Assembly: GCA_016713405.1 (NCBI GenBank)
Contig: JADJPF010000015.1
Span: forward strand, 1 to 64,000
Reading direction: 5' to 3'
Length of the DNA stretch: 64,000 nucleotides
Origin: Blastocatellia bacterium
GTDB lineage: Bacteria; Acidobacteriota; Blastocatellia; Chloracidobacteriales; JADJPF01
In this document: piece by piece, positions 59,572 to 64,000 of the stretch
Layout of the letters: each line of letters begins with the position of its first letter
How positions within the stretch are numbered: the first letter of the stretch is position 1
Notes under the pieces: generated by a model
What the model was told of the DNA's origin: nothing
Database searches by the model: none
The model's input: only the letters and a program-made list of their open reading frames with translations
Position numbers and translations under genes: made by a program

Positions 59572-61086
59572 ATGCAAGCACAAGCATTGAACCTTAACTA
59601 TTATTATGTGTTACCACATATAATTGTTGCTGTTACAGGCATTATGTCCTTACTTTTTGGTGCTTTTAATAAAAAAGCCCATCGAGATTTGGTCTTTATT
59701 AACCTAGCAGGAATTTTTACTGCGGGTGCTTCTACTTGGAAACTTTGGAATTTAGTAACTACTGCTTCACAAGATGGTGTTGGTAAATCTTTGACAGCCT
59801 TTAGTGGCATGGTAGTGCTAGACCATATGAGTTTAGCTTTTATCTTTATTTTCCTCATTGTAGCCTTTCTAGGAACAATCCTTTCCTTAAACTTTCTTGA
59901 AGATGAAGACCTTTCACCAGAAGAATTTTATTCTTTGCTAATGTTTTCTACCGTTGGCATGATGCTTATGGCTTCATCTGGTGATATGGTAATGATTTTT
60001 CTAGGACTGGAAATTTCTTCAATTGCTACATATGTTTTAGCTGGATATCGTCGTAAAGATTTAAGATCTAATGAATCAGCACTTAAGTATTTTATTTTAG
60101 GCTCTTTATCAACAGCCTTTTTGCTTTATGGAATGGCTTTAGTTTACGGTGCTACAGGTACTACTAACTTAGAATCTATTGCAACAGCAATTAAACAAGG
60201 TACAAATCTTGTAACTTCTCAACCAATGACAGTAGAAATTTTATATATTGGTGTAGCAATGTTACTAGTAGGTTTTGGCTTTAAGATTGCTACTGCGCCT
60301 TTTCATGTTTGGACACCAGATGTTTATCAAGGTGCGCCCAGTGCAGTTACAGCTTTTATGGCATCAGGGCCAAAAGCAGCAGGTTTTGTAGCTTTTTTAA
60401 GAATTTTTGTTATTGCTTTTGCAGCAGATACCTCTTTTGAGCTTAATGCCACTTGGACTAGCATTCTTCAAGTTTTAGCAATACTTACTATGATAATTGG
60501 TAATGTTGTTGCTCTGTCACAAACTGATATTAAAAGAATTTTAGCTTATTCATCAATTGCTCATGCTGGTTATGCTTTAATTGGATTTCTAGCTAATGAT
60601 TGGACATCAGTAGCTTTTTATATGCTTACCTATTCTGTTATGAATATTGGAGCTTTTGCAGTAATTTCTGTAATGGCTGGTAAAAATGAGCAAAATACTG
60701 AGTTAGAAACTTGGGCAGGAATGGGTTTTAAGTCTTTAGGACTTTCTATTGCTTTACTAATTTTTATGCTAAGTATGGCTGGAATGCCTTTAACAGGCGG
60801 GTTTATGGGCAAATTTTTAGTCTTTAAGACTGCTTGGGATAAAGGCTTATCTTTAGTAATAGTAGCTGTACTTAATAGTGCTGCCTCAATTTATTATTAT
60901 TTACGTCCAATGGTTGTACTGTTTTTCCGTGAAGGTAATGAAGAAACCCCAGCACCACTACTTTCTTGGAGTGCATATGTAACAATTTTATTAGCTTTAG
61001 CTGGTACGTTCTACTTAGGCTTAATGCCAGGAAAGTTATTTAGTCTATTAGAAGCTGCACGTGACACAGTTGCTTTAGTAAGATAA
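59572..61086 (+). CDS. nuoN: NADH-quinone oxidoreductase subunit N
   Basis: 504 aa. Antiporter-like subunit (ILAYSSIAHAGYALIG). Last gene of the cluster. Confidence 0.9.
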   Translation: MQAQALNLNYYYVLPHIIVAVTGIMSLLFGAFNKKAHRDLVFINLAGIFTAGASTWKLWNLVTTASQDGVGKSLTAFSGMVVLDHMSLAFIFIFLIVAFLGTILSLNFLEDEDLSPEEFYSLLMFSTVGMMLMASSGDMVMIFLGLEISSIATYVLAGYRRKDLRSNESALKYFILGSLSTAFLLYGMALVYGATGTTNLESIATAIKQGTNLVTSQPMTVEILYIGVAMLLVGFGFKIATAPFHVWTPDVYQGAPSAVTAFMASGPKAAGFVAFLRIFVIAFAADTSFELNATWTSILQVLAILTMIIGNVVALSQTDIKRILAYSSIAHAGYALIGFLANDWTSVAFYMLTYSVMNIGAFAVISVMAGKNEQNTELETWAGMGFKSLGLSIALLIFMLSMAGMPLTGGFMGKFLVFKTAWDKGLSLVIVAVLNSAASIYYYLRPMVVLFFREGNEETPAPLLSWSAYVTILLALAGTFYLGLMPGKLFSLLEAARDTVALVR

Positions 61087-61114
61087 GGGGCATTGCTTGC
61101 CCCTTATCTTTTCC
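61085..61114. terminator. Bidirectional terminator hairpin after nuoN
   Basis: aaggggca-ttgct-tgcccctt followed by atcttttcc. Sits between convergent genes. Confidence 0.65.
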
Positions 61115-61347
61115 TACTTTGATTTTGATTTAGGCTTTTTTTCACGTCTCCAAGTGTGAAATATACCAATCACTATATGCAGTAAAATAATAAAAAATCC
61201 CCAAAGTACATCAGGAGAAAGAAAATTACTAGCCATAATCGTTAGTGAAACAGCCTCGTTTAATGATGGACAAGCTAAAGTAGAATTACTAATAAATAAC
61301 ATTATAGTTAATGTTAGGAAGAAGCTAAACAAATCATTTAATTTCAT
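61114..61347 (-). CDS. Small hypothetical membrane protein (77 aa)
   Basis: Two hydrophobic helices and a Lys-rich C-terminus. No family assignment. Confidence 0.35.
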   Translation of the reverse strand: MKLNDLFSFFLTLTIMLFISNSTLACPSLNEAVSLTIMASNFLSPDVLWGFFIILLHIVIGIFHTWRREKKPKSKSK

Positions 61348-61379
61348 AATTTTACCTCAAAAGTATCAATTTATTTTTA

Positions 61380-62059
61380 TTATAAATTTTTAAGCATATC
61401 TTTAGCCACTTGTTTATCACGAGTGTCTTCTTTTTCATGGTTAGGTGAAAGAGGTGCTTTAATTACCCATTCTAAATGCTCACGAGCTTTATCTTTATTT
61501 TTTGTTGCCGCATAAACATCAGCTATATAAATATGATTTAAGTAGAATTTGGAGCCGTGTTTTAGAGCTTTAAGCATAAAATCAAGAGCTTTTTTATTAT
61601 CACCTCGTGAAAGCGGCCAAGAAGGTAACTGATTGTAAAGACGACCTAAAACCCTTAAAGGTGCGCCATAAAAGTATTTTTCATCTATTTCTAGAGCTTT
61701 ACGAGTATGTTTTTCTATTGGATCTATTAGTCGTACAGCTTCCAACATCCCTTTTCGCGCCCATAAAGCCCATAATTCACAGCCAACCAAAAATTAGACT
61801 CTAAAGAATCTTCATCAACTTCAACACCTTGTTTTCCGTATTCAACACCTTGTTGATAAATTTCTAAACGATCTTCTGCTTCAGCAACTTCACCTCGCCA
61901 ATAGTAAATTTGTGCTAGTAGCCCATATGCCCAATCCGTGTCAGGCTCTTTTTTTATTAACTTAACTAGCAAAGTTTCAGAATCTTTAAGATTAGTTTTT
62001 TTCTGTTCTCTAAGTTTAATTAAATTAAGTGCTTCATCATAAATTTTTTGATTTTTCAT
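61380..62059 (-). CDS. TPR-repeat protein, in two ORFs (61727..62059, 61380..61790) from a frameshift at an A5 run
   Basis: Both pieces carry TPR-like W-LG-Y/A-x-Y-x-G motifs (WAYGLLAQIYYWRGEVAEAE; ADVYAATKNKDKAREHLEW). Overlap at 'ccaaccaaaaattag'. Confidence 0.55.
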
Positions 62060-62063
62060 AGGT

Positions 62064-62435
62064 TTATCCCAAAAATGCTTTAATCCATTTTATTACTGGT
62101 GGTGAAAGCTGTATTGCTCCTATTATAGAAATAAGTAATAAAAATAAGTGAAAAAATATACTACTCAAAGATTTTAATTCTAAAATAGACATTCCTAAAA
62201 TAGAGCTAGAAAAAATAAGTCCGATAATAAAAAATGTAACTGTAAAAAATACTGTTATAGATATTTTTATTCCTAACTCTAGCTTTTCAAGCTCTGGAGC
62301 TATAACAATTTCTGCTGGTTTTCCAATAGGGTTGCCATCCATATCTATTAAATTAGAGCTACAATGATGACAATGATGAGCAGAGACTTGTAATAATTTT
62401 GAGCAAAAAGGACATTTCTTCATTAGTTTTGTCAA
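62064..62435 (-). CDS. Zinc-ribbon membrane protein
   Basis: N-terminus CPFCSKLLQVSAHHCHHCSSNL (4-Cys zinc ribbon), then two TM helices. 123 aa. Confidence 0.5.
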   Translation of the reverse strand: MTKLMKKCPFCSKLLQVSAHHCHHCSSNLIDMDGNPIGKPAEIVIAPELEKLELGIKISITVFFTVTFFIIGLIFSSSILGMSILELKSLSSIFFHLFLLLISIIGAIQLSPPVIKWIKAFLG

Positions 62436-62700
62436 AAACCTTAATTTTTAAGATGGATACTAAAACTTGTAAGATTAATTTTAAGGCTAAGTTTTAGCTG
62501 GGTTATTTTAAACGATAGGCTATTAAACAGCTAGTATTAATATTGTCCCAAATAGAAGAAAAACACAAAATTAATATTTTTTAGAAACCATTTACTTTTA
62601 TTTATTTAATAATTCTTATCCTAGACAAGCGGATAATTCTTTATGCTTGATCTATAATCACTCAAACTAACTATAAATAATTATAACTAGGGAAAATTAT

Positions 62701-64000
62701 ATGAGACTAACGCTGGCTATATTAACTAAGATATATAAGCTAATGTTTATTACAATATTTATTGGATTATGTTCAACTTTAACATTAGCTCAAGCAACTA
62801 AAGGCGATTTTAACCTTGAAATTAATCCAAAATCTGCAACTATTCCCGTAGGCAATGCAACCAGCTTTAGTATTTCTTTAACACCTGTAAATGGATTTAA
62901 TGAAGCAATAAAACTAACAGCTAGTTCTTCTGTAAAAATAGATATAGATTTCTCTACTAATTCAGTTAGACCGCCAGCTACAGTGACTATGAGAGTTAGC
63001 GTCCCTGATACTATACAACCAGGTAGCTATACAATAGGTGTTACAGCAAGTTCTGGATCAATTACAAAATCACAAAATATAACTATTAATGTCCCTTCGC
63101 CAACTTTTAGCTTAAGTGTTAGCCCTACGTCTGTACAAACTACACCAAACAGTAGCTTGGATTTTACTGTCTCAGTTGGTGGAGGAAGTGACTTAAAACG
63201 AGATGTTTCATTGAATGCTCAAAGCAAAGACGGCTTACCTGTGAGGTTGTCTAGTGATTTTGTTAGGCCTCCTGGCAGTGTTCGTATGACAGTTACTATT
63301 CCTACTGGAACGGAGATAAGAAATTATCAGGTAGTAGTTACTGGTAGTTTACCAGGCAGTACTACTTCACAAACTGCTACAGTTAACATTGATGTCAGAC
63401 CTTTACCAGATTATAGGCTTAGCTTTAATCCTACTTCCATTTCTTTGGCTGCTGGTGAGTCAGGAGATGTTTTTGTCAACATAGCTAGTCTTAACGGGTT
63501 TGATCAAAATGTAGACTTAAAAATAGACACTGAACTTAAAGCTTCCCTTTCTTCCACTGTCATTAATGGAGCAGGTACAACTCGTTTATCTATTAATACA
63601 GATCGGAATACGGCTGTTAAAGATTATTTAATTACAGTCAATTCCTCTAGTAATACTAAAGGAGGAGTAATTACAAAACGCGATACTCTAACAGTTACAG
63701 TTACTGCACCGCCTGATTTTACATTAGTTGCTTTACCAAATACTTTAGATATAGATCCAGGTAAAAGTGCTAATGTTAATGTTTCTATTACTCCTACTAA
63801 TAGGTTTACTGGAATAGTGAATTTAACAACAAATCCATCTAACCCTAATATTACAACTAGTTTAACTAGTAATAATATTGGCCCAAACTCAAGTGCAAGT
63901 TTAGCAATAAACGTTGGTGCTAATGTTGCACCAGGTACTTATGATATAAGCGTTTTTGGTTCATCTAGCGGAATACCGCAGAAAACAACAATAGTTAGAG
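62701..64000 (+). CDS. Secreted protein with tandem ~100-aa Ig-like repeats (S-layer/adhesin-like). 3' end lies beyond the window
   Basis: ATG at 62701. Signal peptide MRLTLAILTKIYKLMFITIFIGLCSTLTLAQA. At least four repeats of the pattern F.L.V.P.S......S..F.V.V.......V.L......(GL/GF)......F...P..S..MTV.IP....G.Y...VT. No stop before the window end, so it is absent from the ORF track. Confidence 0.65.
   Translation, partial: MRLTLAILTKIYKLMFITIFIGLCSTLTLAQATKGDFNLEINPKSATIPVGNATSFSISLTPVNGFNEAIKLTASSSVKIDIDFSTNSVRPPATVTMRVSVPDTIQPGSYTIGVTASSGSITKSQNITINVPSPTFSLSVSPTSVQTTPNSSLDFTVSVGGGSDLKRDVSLNAQSKDGLPVRLSSDFVRPPGSVRMTVTIPTGTEIRNYQVVVTGSLPGSTTSQTATVNIDVRPLPDYRLSFNPTSISLAAGESGDVFVNIASLNGFDQNVDLKIDTELKASLSSTVINGAGTTRLSINTDRNTAVKDYLITVNSSSNTKGGVITKRDTLTVTVTAPPDFTLVALPNTLDIDPGKSANVNVSITPTNRFTGIVNLTTNPSNPNITTSLTSNNIGPNSSASLAINVGANVAPGTYDISVFGSSSGIPQKTTIVR

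Noticed and set aside
1-64000. tRNA/rRNA genes, transposases, integrases or prophage genes
   Set aside because: Intergenic regions were inspected and are AT-rich without tRNA-like GC-rich cloverleaf segments. No protein resembled transposase, integrase or phage structural families.

Overview
Low-GC (~35%) bacterial chromosomal window with about 50 genes. (1) The left edge (1-6743, minus strand) holds a type III-B (Cmr) CRISPR-Cas effector cassette: cas10/cmr2 (no HD domain, GGDD cyclase motif present), cmr3, cmr1, cmr4, cmr5, cmr6, then the 5' part of a CARF-domain csx1/csm6-like gene that runs off the window. There is no CRISPR array and no cas1/cas2/cas6 inside the window. (2) At 21.3-27.6 kb a clear homologue of the eukaryotic Major Vault Protein (MVP) lies in a putative vault-like gene cluster: MVP, a 136-aa unknown ORF, a 610-bp intergenic region packed with nested palindromes, then a large VIT + von Willebrand A (vWA) protein. 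That last protein has the same domain pair found in the eukaryotic vault component VPARP. This cluster is the most unusual thing in the window. (3) Housekeeping and accessory genes fill the rest. They include a partial complex I operon nuoH-J-K-L-M-N (no nuoI), the rpmE-DUF1385-prfA neighbourhood, lepB, pepP, ugd plus a second nucleotide-sugar dehydrogenase, an Acidobacteria-style TonB-dependent receptor, two Ser/Thr kinases (one a 1181-aa kinase-NTPase-TPR STAND protein), MFS transporters, a hybrid response-regulator/histidine kinase, a NUDIX hydrolase and an SNase-like nuclease. At least 11 genes (cas genes, nuoL, an aldo/keto reductase, an NAD(P)H quinone oxidoreductase, an NHL-repeat protein, a TPR protein) are split by a single frameshift each. 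Every break I traced sits at a short homopolymer (mostly A5, where A4 restores the frame). That pattern fits systematic indel errors in the assembly better than real gene decay, so the cas locus is probably intact in the cell. The ORF track accepts TTG/GTG starts, so several start coordinates were moved to a downstream ATG with a ribosome-binding site. No rRNA, tRNA, transposase or CRISPR array was found.
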